DNA of 64,000 bases. It comes from Streptosporangiales bacterium. GTDB lineage: Bacteria; Actinomycetota; Actinomycetes; Streptosporangiales; WHST01. The notes beneath the pieces are model-generated. The model was not told the origin of the DNA and ran no database searches. It saw only the letters and a program-made list of their open reading frames with translations. Every line of letters starts with the position of its first letter. The first letter of the stretch is position 1. The stretch lies in contig WHTA01000023.1 of the NCBI GenBank assembly GCA_009379825.1, forward strand, positions 892 to 64,891. The letters are read 5' to 3'. Of the stretch, positions 12,763 through 22,264 are shown piece by piece. A program made the position numbers and the translations under genes.

Positions 12763-13542
12763 TCACAGGATCTTCTGGCTGGCCAGGTACTCGGCGATCT
12801 TGACGCCACCGTCGCCCTCGTCGGTGACTACCGCACCCTTCTCCCGCGGCGGCGCGGCCGTGAACTCGGTCACCTCGGTCGGCGCGTTCGCCAGGCCGAC
12901 GGCGTCGCCCGACAGCCCGAGGCCGGCCACGTCCTTGCTGGCGACCTCCTTCTTCTTCGCCGCCATGATCCCCTTGAACGACGGGTAGCGCGGCTCGTTG
13001 ATCTTCTCCACCACCGAGACCACGGCCGGGAGGCTCGCCTCGACCTTGTCGTAGCCGTACTCGGTCTGCCGCTGCACGGAGATCGACGAGCCGTCGATCT
13101 CCACCTTGTTCGCGTAGGTCAGCTGCGGGAGGCCGAGCCGCTCGGCGAGCATCGCCGGCACCACGCTCATCCGCGCGTCGGTCGACTCGGAGCCGAGCAC
13201 CACGACGTCGAACTCCACCTGCCCGAGCGCGGCCGCGAGCGCGGCCGAGGTCTGCACCGCGTCCGCGCCGTGCAGCGAGTCGTCGACGACGTGCACGGCC
13301 TTGTCTGCACCCATGGACAGCGCCTTGCGGATCGAGTCTGTGGCCTTGTCCGGGCCCATGGTGAGGACGGTGACCTCACCCTCGTGCTTCTCGGCGAGCA
13401 GCAGCGCTTCCTCGATCGCGTACTCGTCGAGCTCGTTGATCACGCCATCGGCCGAGGCGCGGTCGAGCGTCTTGTCGCCCTCGTCGAGCCTGCGTTCTGA
13501 GTACGTGTCCGGTACCTGTTTGACACAAACGACTATCTTCAT
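12763..13542 (-). CDS. etfB: Electron transfer flavoprotein beta subunit
   Basis: ORF 12763..13653 trimmed to ATG at 13542 (MKIVVCVKQVPDT, the canonical EtfB N-terminus). Confidence 0.9.
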   Translation of the reverse strand: MKIVVCVKQVPDTYSERRLDEGDKTLDRASADGVINELDEYAIEEALLLAEKHEGEVTVLTMGPDKATDSIRKALSMGADKAVHVVDDSLHGADAVQTSAALAAALGQVEFDVVVLGSESTDARMSVVPAMLAERLGLPQLTYANKVEIDGSSISVQRQTEYGYDKVEASLPAVVSVVEKINEPRYPSFKGIMAAKKKEVASKDVAGLGLSGDAVGLANAPTEVTEFTAAPPREKGAVVTDEGDGGVKIAEYLASQKIL

Positions 13543-13698
13543 GCTGGCGGCTGCCCTCCGAGCCAACGTGTGGACGACGACCCGCGGGGAACAGCGGCCG
13601 TCATCGGTCACCTTGCCAGATTGCCGCCGCAGAGGCGGAATCGGCCCGATCATGATGTTACCGTCCGGTAGTCGCGGCTGCGAACTCGTGCACAGCCA

Positions 13699-14502
13699 CT
13701 AGCGGCCGTGAAACATCTCACGTGCCGGCGCCGCGTCCACGTGCTCCCGCACCAGCAGGGTGGCTCCGGCGACCGCGCCCGGCATCAGTACGACGTTGAG
13801 AACCGGCACAAGGAACGCCACGAACGCGGGTATGCCGAACCCGAGTATCACCGCGCGGGACGACCGCGCGAACGCCAGCCGCTCCGGCAGGTACTTGCCG
13901 CGGCGCTCCATCGCCGGGGCGAGCAGCTCGAGCGCGAGGAACCGGCCGCCGACGATCGCGCCGAGCACCGGCGCAGCGACCTGGCCGACCGCAGGGACCA
14001 GCCCGACGGCGAACACCGCGAGGGCGACGGGAGCCGTACGCAGCAGCATCGCTGCCGACTCCCATACCGACCGCCGCAGGCCGCGGTGCCAGGGCTCGTC
14101 GGGTTCCCGCGGTGCGTTGCCGAGCTCCTCGTCGACCCGCTTCGCCAGCGCCTCGTAGAACGGCTGGCCGAACAGCAGGGTGAGGGTGACGAACAGCAGC
14201 ACCGACACCCAGAGGGCCAGCGCCACCACCGCGAGCGCGACCACCCACCGCACGATCGTCCGGGCCCGCTGCGACCAGTCGTCCGCGAACGGCGTCGCCC
14301 ACGTCACCAGGTCGACCGCGTTGACCGCGAGCAGGACCACGACCGTGATCAACACGGCGAAGGTGACGAGCGCGGGCAGCAGCCCGAGCGGCCACAGCCG
14401 CGGCCGCCGCAGCACGAACGCCTGCCCGCGCAGCAAGCACGCGAAGCCGCCGAGCGGCGCCCGGACGCCCGCCGGTGTGCCAGGAGTACCTGTCGGGTCC
14501 AC
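13699..14502 (-). CDS. EI24/CysZ-like integral membrane protein
   Basis: ORF 13699..14727 trimmed to GTG at 14502, clear of the upstream aldolase stop. Several hydrophobic helices (LLPALVTFAVLITVVVLLAV, VVALAVVALALWVSVLLFVTLTLLF). Stops with TAG. Confidence 0.7.
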   Translation of the reverse strand: MDPTGTPGTPAGVRAPLGGFACLLRGQAFVLRRPRLWPLGLLPALVTFAVLITVVVLLAVNAVDLVTWATPFADDWSQRARTIVRWVVALAVVALALWVSVLLFVTLTLLFGQPFYEALAKRVDEELGNAPREPDEPWHRGLRRSVWESAAMLLRTAPVALAVFAVGLVPAVGQVAAPVLGAIVGGRFLALELLAPAMERRGKYLPERLAFARSSRAVILGFGIPAFVAFLVPVLNVVLMPGAVAGATLLVREHVDAAPAREMFHGR

Positions 14503-14521
14503 CCGGAGAGCGTACGGCCTG

Positions 14522-15160
14522 TCAGCTCGCTTGGCCGTACGACCTGAGCTTGTCGGTGACGCGGTCGATCTCCGCGGCTGACAGGAGGTTCGGTGAGCCG
14601 AGCAGCCTGGCCTGGTAGTACATCTGGCACATCCACTCCAGGTACTGGCTGCGCGTGTACGCCTGCGCGAGGCTGTCCCCCACCGTCGTTGCGCCGTGGT
14701 TCTGCAGGATGACCGCCGTGTGCCCACCGGCCATTCCCGTCACGCTGTTGCGGGCCAGCTCCTCGCTGCCGTAGATCGCGTACGGCGCCACCCGTACGGG
14801 GCCGCCGAGCAGCGCCACCATGTAGTGGATCGCGGGCAGCTCGTCCATGGTCACGGAGATCGTCGACGCGTAGAGCGGGTGGGTGTGCACGACGGCCTGC
14901 ACGTCCATCTCCTGGTAGACCGTGGTGTGCATGGGCACCTCGGTCGAGGGTCGCAGGTCACCGTCGACGACGTTGCCGTCGAGGTCGATCACGCACACCG
15001 ACTCCGGCGCGCAGGCCCGGTAGTCGACCCCGCTCGGCGTGATGGCCACCAGGTCGTCCTTGCGGACGCTGACGTTCCCCGACGTGCCGACGGTGAGGTT
15101 CTCCTCCAGCATCTGCAGCGAGACCTCGACTACCTGCTCGCGCTCGTTCTTCAACAGCAT
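14522..15160 (-). CDS. Class II aldolase/adducin-domain protein (FucA/AraD-like)
   Basis: ORF trimmed to ATG at 15160, preceded by GGAGAGGAAAGG. Motifs GTSGNVS, ITPSG and HTHPLYAS (metal His) are typical of class II aldolases/epimerases. Confidence 0.85.
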   Translation of the reverse strand: MLLKNEREQVVEVSLQMLEENLTVGTSGNVSVRKDDLVAITPSGVDYRACAPESVCVIDLDGNVVDGDLRPSTEVPMHTTVYQEMDVQAVVHTHPLYASTISVTMDELPAIHYMVALLGGPVRVAPYAIYGSEELARNSVTGMAGGHTAVILQNHGATTVGDSLAQAYTRSQYLEWMCQMYYQARLLGSPNLLSAAEIDRVTDKLRSYGQAS

Positions 15161-15179
15161 CGCGTCGCCTTTCCTCTCC

Positions 15180-16643
15180 CTAGCCGAGCTCCCGCCACGC
15201 CTGCCTGGCCTTGGCGACCCGGTCGCAGTACCCGAGGTACTGCTCGGCGTAGCGCTCCACGTTCGCCGGAACGGGCTCCACCACCCGCTCCGGTGCGGTC
15301 CAGACCGCGGTGTCGACGTCGTGTCCGAGCACCCGCACCGCGCTGGTGACGGCGCCGCGTGCCCCCGTCTCCGGACGTGCCGCGATCTGCACCGGCCGGC
15401 CCAACACGTCCGCGAACATCTGCAGCCAGCCGGCGCTGGCCGTACCGCCACCGCACGCCGCCACGTCGCCGGTCAGCCCGGCGGCCTCGAAGCACTGGCG
15501 TGCGGCGTAGACGATCGCCTCGCAGGTTGCGCGCACCAGGTCGGCGACGGTCGTCTGCATGGACAGCCGGTCGAACCCGGCACGGGCCTGCGGGGCGAGG
15601 AACGGTGCCCGCTCGCCCGCCGGCGAGAAGTACGGCAGGCAGGTCACCCCGTGCGCACCGAGCGGGCTCTCGGCGAGCATGGCGTCCAGGTCGGCATGCG
15701 TCCTGCCGACGACGGTGAGCAGCCAGTCGAGCGCGGCGGTGCCTACCATCGCGGGCATCGCCCGCAGCCAGCGGCCGGGGGTGCCGGTGGCGAGCGTCAT
15801 GCCGGCCGGCTCACCGGTGCGGTCGACGGCGTCGACGAGTACCTGGCAGGCCAGCGTGGTGCCGATCGTCACCAGGCCGACGCCGGGCACGGTCAGGCCG
15901 GCGCCGACAGCGGACGCAGGCAGGTCGAACGGCCCGCAGGTCACCGGGGTGCCCGCCGGCAGCCCGAGCAGCTCGGCGGCGTCCGCACGCAGCTCGCCCA
16001 CCGGCAGCGGCTCGCACACCGGCGCGAGCAACGACGCCCACTCGCCGAGCCCGAGCAGCTCGAGCACCGCGGTGTCGTACGTACGGGTGCGTGGATCGAG
16101 GAACGGCAGCGACGCGTCCGAGGCGTCCGTGGAACGCACCCCCGTGAGGCGCTGCATCAACAGGTCCTTGCAGTACCCGGCGGTGGCCGCCCCGTCGAGG
16201 GAGCGCCGCTCGTGCGCGGCGAACCAGGAGAGCAGGGGCGCCGCGGAGCCGGGGAAAAGCACGTTGCCGGTGCGGTGGAAGACGTCCTCGACCAGACCGG
16301 CGGCCTGCCACCGCTCGAGTACGTCCGCCGCCCGCGAGTCCAGCCACGACACCGCGGGCCGCACCGCGCAGCCGGCGGCGTCGGCCAGCCACAGCCCGTC
16401 GCCCTGCCCGGTGATGCCGACCGCGGCCGGCCGCGCGCCGGTGCCCGTGACGATCGCGCGCACCGCCTGCACGACCGCGGCGTGGATGTCCGCCGGGTCC
16501 TCCTCGAACCACCCGGCCCGCGGCGAAAGCAGCTGCGTCTGCGCCGACTCGGCGGCGAGCAGGGTGCCTGCCTCGTCGAGCAGTACGGCCTTCGTGACCG
16601 ACGTCCCGACGTCGATGCCCAGGTAACTGCGTACGGCTGGCAT
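15180..16643 (-). CDS. FGGY-family carbohydrate kinase
   Basis: ORF trimmed to ATG at 16643, preceded by GGGAGG. N-terminus YLGIDVGTSVTKAVL, GITGQGDGLW and C-terminal GGGTAS are FGGY hallmarks. Stops with TAG. Confidence 0.85.
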   Translation of the reverse strand: MPAVRSYLGIDVGTSVTKAVLLDEAGTLLAAESAQTQLLSPRAGWFEEDPADIHAAVVQAVRAIVTGTGARPAAVGITGQGDGLWLADAAGCAVRPAVSWLDSRAADVLERWQAAGLVEDVFHRTGNVLFPGSAAPLLSWFAAHERRSLDGAATAGYCKDLLMQRLTGVRSTDASDASLPFLDPRTRTYDTAVLELLGLGEWASLLAPVCEPLPVGELRADAAELLGLPAGTPVTCGPFDLPASAVGAGLTVPGVGLVTIGTTLACQVLVDAVDRTGEPAGMTLATGTPGRWLRAMPAMVGTAALDWLLTVVGRTHADLDAMLAESPLGAHGVTCLPYFSPAGERAPFLAPQARAGFDRLSMQTTVADLVRATCEAIVYAARQCFEAAGLTGDVAACGGGTASAGWLQMFADVLGRPVQIAARPETGARGAVTSAVRVLGHDVDTAVWTAPERVVEPVPANVERYAEQYLGYCDRVAKARQAWRELG

Positions 16644-16662
16644 CCTCGCCTCCCGGTACTGG

Positions 16663-17736
16663 TCAGCGCACCCGTTTCCCGCTTTCCCTCTCGAACACGA
16701 AGGTCCGCTCCACCACGAACGCCACGTGCACGCGGTCACCGGCCGCCAGCGCCAGACCCGACTCGGTCTGCGCGGTCAGCCGGGTCGACACTCCAGGCAG
16801 GTCCAGCGTGACGAGCCCGTACTCGAGCACGTCCTCGTAGACGACGACGGTGGCCGCGGCCACCGCGTCCGCCTGCCCGACGAGGCTGACGTCCTCCGGC
16901 CGTACGCCCACCACGACCTCGTGCGGCCCGGACGACGCCACCCGCACCGGCAGCACCGACTCCCCCAGCACCACCGTCGACTCCTCGGTCATCGCCGCGT
17001 CGAACAGGTTCATCGCCGGCTCGCCGACGAACTGCGCGACGAACAGGTCCTCGGGGTCGTCGTAGATCGCGTCAGGCGCGTCGACCTGCTTGGCGACGCC
17101 GGCGGCCATCACCACGACCCGGTCGGCCAGGCTCAGCGCCTCCTCCTGGTCGTGCGTCACGAGGATCGTGGTGTAGCCGAGGTCCTGCTGCAGCCGCCGC
17201 AGCTCGCGCCTGGTCAGGTCCCGCTGCGCGGCGTCCAGGTGCGAGAGCGGCTCGTCGAGCAGCAGTACGTCGGGCTCCCTGGCGATCGCGCGGGCCAGCG
17301 CGACCCGTTGCTTCTGCCCCGACGACAGGGCCGCGGGCTTGGTGTCGAGGATGTCGGCCAGCCCGATCCGCTCCGCGACCTCGTCGATCCGCTTCGCCTG
17401 GTCGCCCATCCGCCGCGCGGCGAGCCCGAACGCGATGTTCTCGCGTACGGTCAGCGGCGGGTAGAGCGCGTAGTTCTCGAACGCGACGCCGATGTTGCGT
17501 TGCTGTGGCGGCAGGCCGAGCATCGACTTCGAGCCGACCCGGACGTCGCCGCTCGTGACCTCCTCCAGCCCGGCGATCATCCGCAGCGTCGTCGACTTCC
17601 CGCACCCGGAGGGGCCGAGCAGCCCGACCAGCTCGCCGCCGCCGACGCGCAGGTCGAGTCCGGCCACCGCGTGCACGTCGTCGCGGCCCGCGGCCGAGAA
17701 GACCTTGTGCACGTCCACCAGCTCCAGGTCGGTCAT
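16663..17736 (-). CDS. Sugar ABC transporter ATP-binding protein (MalK/UgpC type), copy 2
   Basis: C-terminal 357 aa of ORF 16663..18618. Walker A GPSGCGKST, signature [14 protein letters not shown], Walker B LLLDEPLSHLD. ATGA overlap with the upstream ATPase. Confidence 0.9.
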   Translation of the reverse strand: MTDLELVDVHKVFSAAGRDDVHAVAGLDLRVGGGELVGLLGPSGCGKSTTLRMIAGLEEVTSGDVRVGSKSMLGLPPQQRNIGVAFENYALYPPLTVRENIAFGLAARRMGDQAKRIDEVAERIGLADILDTKPAALSSGQKQRVALARAIAREPDVLLLDEPLSHLDAAQRDLTRRELRRLQQDLGYTTILVTHDQEEALSLADRVVVMAAGVAKQVDAPDAIYDDPEDLFVAQFVGEPAMNLFDAAMTEESTVVLGESVLPVRVASSGPHEVVVGVRPEDVSLVGQADAVAAATVVVYEDVLEYGLVTLDLPGVSTRLTAQTESGLALAAGDRVHVAFVVERTFVFERESGKRVR

Positions 17737-18854
17737 CCGGCCGCCCTCTCCACCCGGACGCCCTCCACGCCGGCACGGAACACGTGTGCCAGGCCGGGGT
17801 CGACGACCAGGCCGACCTTGTCGTCCAGCTCGAGGCCGTCCGTCAGGGTACGCGGGACGAGCACCGACAGCGTCGTCTCGCCCACCCGCACCGTCACCTC
17901 GGCCTGCCTGCCGAGGTACTCGATCACGTAGACCAGGCCGTCCAACCGCACCTGGCCCGTGGGCACGTCGCCGGCGCCGAGATGCAGCCTGAGGTCGCGC
18001 GGCCGCACGCCGAGCTGGAGCTCCGCCCCGGCCTCGACGGCGACGCCGGGCAGCAGGATCTCGACCGCCCGGTCCGGCGACGCGAACACCGGCCCGGCGC
18101 CGCCGTCGGTCAGCTGCCCCTGCACCAGGTTGATCCGCGGCTTGCCGAACGCGCTCGCGACGTACGCGTTGGCCGGCGTCTGCCACAGCTCCTGCGGCGT
18201 GCCCAGCTGCAGGATGCGCCCGTGGTACAGCACCCCGATCCGGTCCGCGAGGGCGAGCGCCTCGACGTAGTCGTGCGTGACGTACAGCGTCGTCGTGCTG
18301 CCCCGCGCGCTGATCGACTTCAGCTCCGCACGCATGGTGGCGCGCAGCTTGGCATCCAGGTGGGCGAGCGGCTCGTCCAGCAACCGCGCGGACGCCGGCC
18401 GCACCAGCACCCGCCCGAGCGCCACCCGCTGCCGCTGCCCGTTCGACAGCTGCCCGACGGAGCGGTCGAGCAACGTCTCGATGCCGAGCATGGTGGCGAC
18501 GTCGCGCACCTTCGTGGACGCCTCGTCCGGCGACAACCGGTAGCGCGGGGACCGCAACGGCGACACCATGTTGCCGAACACGTCCAGCTGCGGGTAGAGG
18601 GCGTAGCTCTCGAAGCACATGGCGAGCTGGCGGTCGGTCGGCTCGACCGTAGTGACGTCGCGCCCGTCGAGGTGCACCTGACCCACGTCGGGCGCCTCCA
18701 GCCCGGCGACCACCTTCAGCGTCGTGGTCTTGCCCGCGCCAGAAGGGCCGAGCAGGCAGAAGAACTCGCCGTCGTCGACGCGGAACGACACGTCCTGCAG
18801 TGCCACGGTGGAGCCGAACCGCTTCGCCACGCCCGCGAGACCGACGCCGGCCAT
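17733..18854 (-). CDS. Sugar ABC transporter ATP-binding protein (MalK/UgpC type), copy 1
   Basis: C-terminal 373 aa of ORF 17733..19550. Walker A GPSGAGKTT, signature LSNGQRQRVALGRV, Walker B LLDEPLAHLD. Start overlaps the permease stop. Confidence 0.9.
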   Translation of the reverse strand: MAGVGLAGVAKRFGSTVALQDVSFRVDDGEFFCLLGPSGAGKTTTLKVVAGLEAPDVGQVHLDGRDVTTVEPTDRQLAMCFESYALYPQLDVFGNMVSPLRSPRYRLSPDEASTKVRDVATMLGIETLLDRSVGQLSNGQRQRVALGRVLVRPASARLLDEPLAHLDAKLRATMRAELKSISARGSTTTLYVTHDYVEALALADRIGVLYHGRILQLGTPQELWQTPANAYVASAFGKPRINLVQGQLTDGGAGPVFASPDRAVEILLPGVAVEAGAELQLGVRPRDLRLHLGAGDVPTGQVRLDGLVYVIEYLGRQAEVTVRVGETTLSVLVPRTLTDGLELDDKVGLVVDPGLAHVFRAGVEGVRVERAAG

Positions 18855-19714
18855 CAGCCCTTCACCGCCCCGAACGACAGGCCGCGCACCAGGTAGCGCT
18901 GGATGAACAGTGCCAGCGTCAGCGGCGGCAGCGCGGCCATCACCGCGCCCGCGGCCACCAGGTTGAACCTGGGGTGGTTGCCGCCGAGGAAACCGAGCGT
19001 GCTGACCGTCACCGTCTGCGCGTTGCTGGACGTCAACGTGAACGGGAAGATGAAGTTGTTCCAGGCGAAGATGAACGCCAGCAGGCAGACGGCCGCGATG
19101 CCAGGCCGCGCAAGGGGCAGCACGATCTTTGCGAACGCCTGCTTCCTGCTGTAGCCGTCCAGCAGCGCTGCCTGTTCCAGCTCGACCGGCAGCTCGGCGA
19201 AGAACGACCGCAGGATCCACACGACGAGCGGCATGGTCACCAGCTGCAGCACCCAGATCATGCCGACGTACGTGTCGTACAGCCCGAGCTGCTGGTAGAG
19301 CACGCTCAGCGGGATGATCACCACGAGCTCGGGCGCGAACCGGAAGCTGAGCAACGTGAACATCAGGTTGTCGCTGCCCCTGAAGCGGTACCGCGCAGCC
19401 GCGTACGCCATGGGGATGCCGATGAACAGTGAGACGAGCACCGCGCCGACCGAACTGATCAGCGTCGCCAGCATGAACCGCAGGTACGACGAGCCGCTGC
19501 CGACGAAGCCCAGCACCGTGCCGTAGTTCTCCAGCGTCGGCGTGAACCACAGGTAGGTGGACGTCTGCTCGGCCGTGGTCTTCAGGCTGAGCAGCACCAT
19601 GAACAGCACCGGTGTCAGCGAGAACGCGAAGTAGACCAGCAACCCGAGGTCGGCCAGCCGGTCCCTGAACCTGCGCTGCTGCCTGGCCTGTTGCGCGCCG
19701 TTCGCCACGGTCAC
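18854..19714 (-). CDS. Carbohydrate ABC transporter permease (MalG-like)
   Basis: ORF trimmed to GTG at 19714, a GTGA overlap with the upstream permease stop. Six hydrophobic segments and an EAA-type loop LEQAALLDGYSRKQAFAKIVLPLARPG. Confidence 0.85.
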   Translation of the reverse strand: MTVANGAQQARQQRRFRDRLADLGLLVYFAFSLTPVLFMVLLSLKTTAEQTSTYLWFTPTLENYGTVLGFVGSGSSYLRFMLATLISSVGAVLVSLFIGIPMAYAAARYRFRGSDNLMFTLLSFRFAPELVVIIPLSVLYQQLGLYDTYVGMIWVLQLVTMPLVVWILRSFFAELPVELEQAALLDGYSRKQAFAKIVLPLARPGIAAVCLLAFIFAWNNFIFPFTLTSSNAQTVTVSTLGFLGGNHPRFNLVAAGAVMAALPPLTLALFIQRYLVRGLSFGAVKG

Positions 19715-20643
19715 ACCTCCGCCGCCCGCCGCTGCACCTTGCTCAGGTAGCGCACCAGCACGAACGAGATCGCGAACACGGCCGCCCACAGCACGATCAT
19801 GAACGTCATGCCCCTGGAGTAACGGGCGTAGGTGATCGCCTCCAGGTACGCACTGATCTGCACGGTGGTCGTCGCATCACCCGGCCCGCCGGTGGTGAGG
19901 CCGTAGATGATGTCGAACATCTTCAGGCAGTCCATCGACCGGAAGATGACGGCGAGGAGGATGTACGGCCACAGCATCGGCAACGTCAGCCGGCGGAACG
20001 TGAACCACCAGCCGGCGCCGTCGACGGCCGCCGCCTCGAACGGCGAGCCGGGCAGCGAACGCAGGCCGGCCAACGCGATCACCGCGACGAACGGGGTGTA
20101 CAGCCAGACGTCCACCACCACCGACCAGGTGAACGCCCAGAACGGCGAGTCCGTGCCGCTGTAGCCCTGCCAGCCGAATGTCGCCACGATCGGCCGCACC
20201 CAGCCGATCTCCGGCAACAGGAACAGCTTCCACATGATCGCCGCGATGATCGGCGCGACCATCAGCGGGACGATGAGCACCCGCTCGAGGAGGCGGCCGA
20301 CCAGCGTGGACCGGTACAGCAACAGCGCGATGCCGACCCCGAGCACCGTCTCGATCCCCGTCGCCATGATGGTGTACAGGCTGGTGACCCAGGCGGAGTG
20401 CCAGAACGTCCCGCTGCCGAGGATGTCGGCGAAGTTCTGCAGGCCGACGAAGCTCGGCTGCGGGTTCACGTCGGAGAAGTTGAACAGCGTGTAGCCGACA
20501 CCGACGAAGAACGGGTAGAGGATGCCCGCGCAGACCACGACCGCCGGCACCGCGAGCACGTACGGGCGCAGCCTTCCACGCCGCGTCGCCTGGCCTCCGA
20601 TACCGCCGCCGCCGACCGTCGAGGTCCCAGGCGCCAGGCTCAC
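19711..20643 (-). CDS. Carbohydrate ABC transporter permease (MalF-like)
   Basis: 310 aa with an EAA-type loop FEAAAVDGAGWWFTFRRLTLPMLWP and multiple TM helices. Confidence 0.85.
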   Translation of the reverse strand: MSLAPGTSTVGGGGIGGQATRRGRLRPYVLAVPAVVVCAGILYPFFVGVGYTLFNFSDVNPQPSFVGLQNFADILGSGTFWHSAWVTSLYTIMATGIETVLGVGIALLLYRSTLVGRLLERVLIVPLMVAPIIAAIMWKLFLLPEIGWVRPIVATFGWQGYSGTDSPFWAFTWSVVVDVWLYTPFVAVIALAGLRSLPGSPFEAAAVDGAGWWFTFRRLTLPMLWPYILLAVIFRSMDCLKMFDIIYGLTTGGPGDATTTVQISAYLEAITYARYSRGMTFMIVLWAAVFAISFVLVRYLSKVQRRAAEV

Positions 20644-20677
20644 AGTGCCTCCAACGCGACCACGTTCCCGACCATCC

Positions 20678-22135
20678 TCAGGCGTTCACCCGCTCGTCCA
20701 GCGAGCCGGCCAGCTTGTCCAGGGTCGACTTCGCGTCCGCGCCGCCGTAGATCTGCTGCAGTGCACCGGCCCAGGACGTGGTCGCGTCGAAGAAGTTCTT
20801 CTGCGGCGTGAACTGGATCTTCGTCTGGTCGATCACCTGGTCGAACGTGTCGATGAAGTCGGTGGCCGCGGACAGCCGCTTCCGGTAGCCGCCGGACTCC
20901 GCCACCGACTTCCGCACGGCGTCGATGTGCTGCGCCTTCGTGCCCGCCCACAGCAGGTGTTCCTTCGACGTCGCCCACTGCAGGAACCACCACGCGGGGC
21001 CCTTGTTCTTGGACGAGCTGTTCATCGCGAGCGACCAGATCCACATGTTCGTCGCGAGCGAGCCGTCCGGGCCCTTCGGCCCCGGATGCCAGGCCAGCTT
21101 GCCCGCTGCCGGCGTGTCCTCGTTCTGGAAGTACGCCGCGATGTCCGCGTCGAAGAGCATGGCGGCCTTGCCGGCGCCGAGGTCGCTCGACGCGGTGTAC
21201 CAGGTGTACGAGGTCCACCCCTTCGGGCCGCTGTCGCGGACCATCTTCGCCCACTTGTCGGTGAACTCGACGGCCTCCGGGGTGTTCACCTTGGCGACCA
21301 GCTCGCCGCCGTCCACCTCGAAGTCCTTCAGGCCCATCCGCGCGTACATGGTCATGAAGCCGGGGTGGATGGTCGCCCACTCCTTGGTGCCCCGCACGGA
21401 GATCCCGTACATCCCGTCGAACCCAGCGCCAGGCGCCTTCTTCGCGACCGTGGACGCGAGCTCGATCAGGTCGTCGAACGTCGCCGCCGGCTCCACCTTG
21501 AGCTTGTCGAACACGTCCTTGCGGTAGCAGACGGTGTTCGTCTCGAAGCCCCACGGCAGCATCCACTGGCTCTTCCCGCCGCCGAGCGCGCTGCCGTTCT
21601 TGAAGTTCCACTTCCCCGCGTCGAGCAGGTTCGGGTAGAAGTCGTCCCGGTCGAAGCCGCCGTGCGTGGCTGCCGAGTTCTCCATCCACGGCCCGAGGTC
21701 CTCGAGGTAGCCGGGCGGGCCGTACTGCCAGACCATGTACGCGCCCAGCATGAAAGCGTCGTAGTTGCCCTGCCTGGACTTCAGCTCGAGGGTCACCTTG
21801 TCGAAGTAGTTCTGCTCGGGGAACTCGTCGATCTGGATGGTGATGCCCGTCTTCTTCTCGAACGCCGCCTTGTGCTGCTTCAGCGCGTCGGTGTACGGGT
21901 GCTTGTTCAACAGCAGCTTGATGGTCTTACCGTCGTACTGCTTCCAGTCGAAGCTGCCGGAGAGCTCGTCGGCCTCGGAACCGCCCTTGTCCTGCTGCCC
22001 GCCGAACCCGCACCCGTCGAGCAGCGGCACACCTGCCACTGCGCCGAGGCCCACCCCGGTGGCCTGCAGAAATCGCCGTCTTGTGAGGGCCTCTCGCGGC
22101 GCCCGTCTCCGACCTGGCCGTGGCTGCTCGTCCAC
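20678..22135 (-). CDS. Extracellular solute-binding protein (family 1), Tat-lipoprotein
   Basis: 485 aa. Twin-arginine motif TRRRFLQATG followed by the lipobox LLDGC. The rest is SBP-like. Confidence 0.9.
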   Translation of the reverse strand: MDEQPRPGRRRAPREALTRRRFLQATGVGLGAVAGVPLLDGCGFGGQQDKGGSEADELSGSFDWKQYDGKTIKLLLNKHPYTDALKQHKAAFEKKTGITIQIDEFPEQNYFDKVTLELKSRQGNYDAFMLGAYMVWQYGPPGYLEDLGPWMENSAATHGGFDRDDFYPNLLDAGKWNFKNGSALGGGKSQWMLPWGFETNTVCYRKDVFDKLKVEPAATFDDLIELASTVAKKAPGAGFDGMYGISVRGTKEWATIHPGFMTMYARMGLKDFEVDGGELVAKVNTPEAVEFTDKWAKMVRDSGPKGWTSYTWYTASSDLGAGKAAMLFDADIAAYFQNEDTPAAGKLAWHPGPKGPDGSLATNMWIWSLAMNSSSKNKGPAWWFLQWATSKEHLLWAGTKAQHIDAVRKSVAESGGYRKRLSAATDFIDTFDQVIDQTKIQFTPQKNFFDATTSWAGALQQIYGGADAKSTLDKLAGSLDERVNA

Positions 22136-22264
22136 TGGGACCTCCTCGTCCCGCTGTTATGAAGGCCGGTTCTTATCAGAACAGACTGTTTAGTTAACAC
22201 ATGTTTTGTGCCCGAGGGCGCCGTTGTCAAGAGCAGTAGCGATGTGCACATGCGGCCCCCTGGG
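22136..22264 (-). promoter_or_regulatory. AT-richer promoter/operator region upstream of the first sugar ABC operon
   Basis: Local GC drop. Contains the near-palindrome AACAGACTGTT (22181-22191), GTTAAC, and the CAGACTGT..TTAAC..ATG motif that recurs at 46843-46866. Confidence 0.35.
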
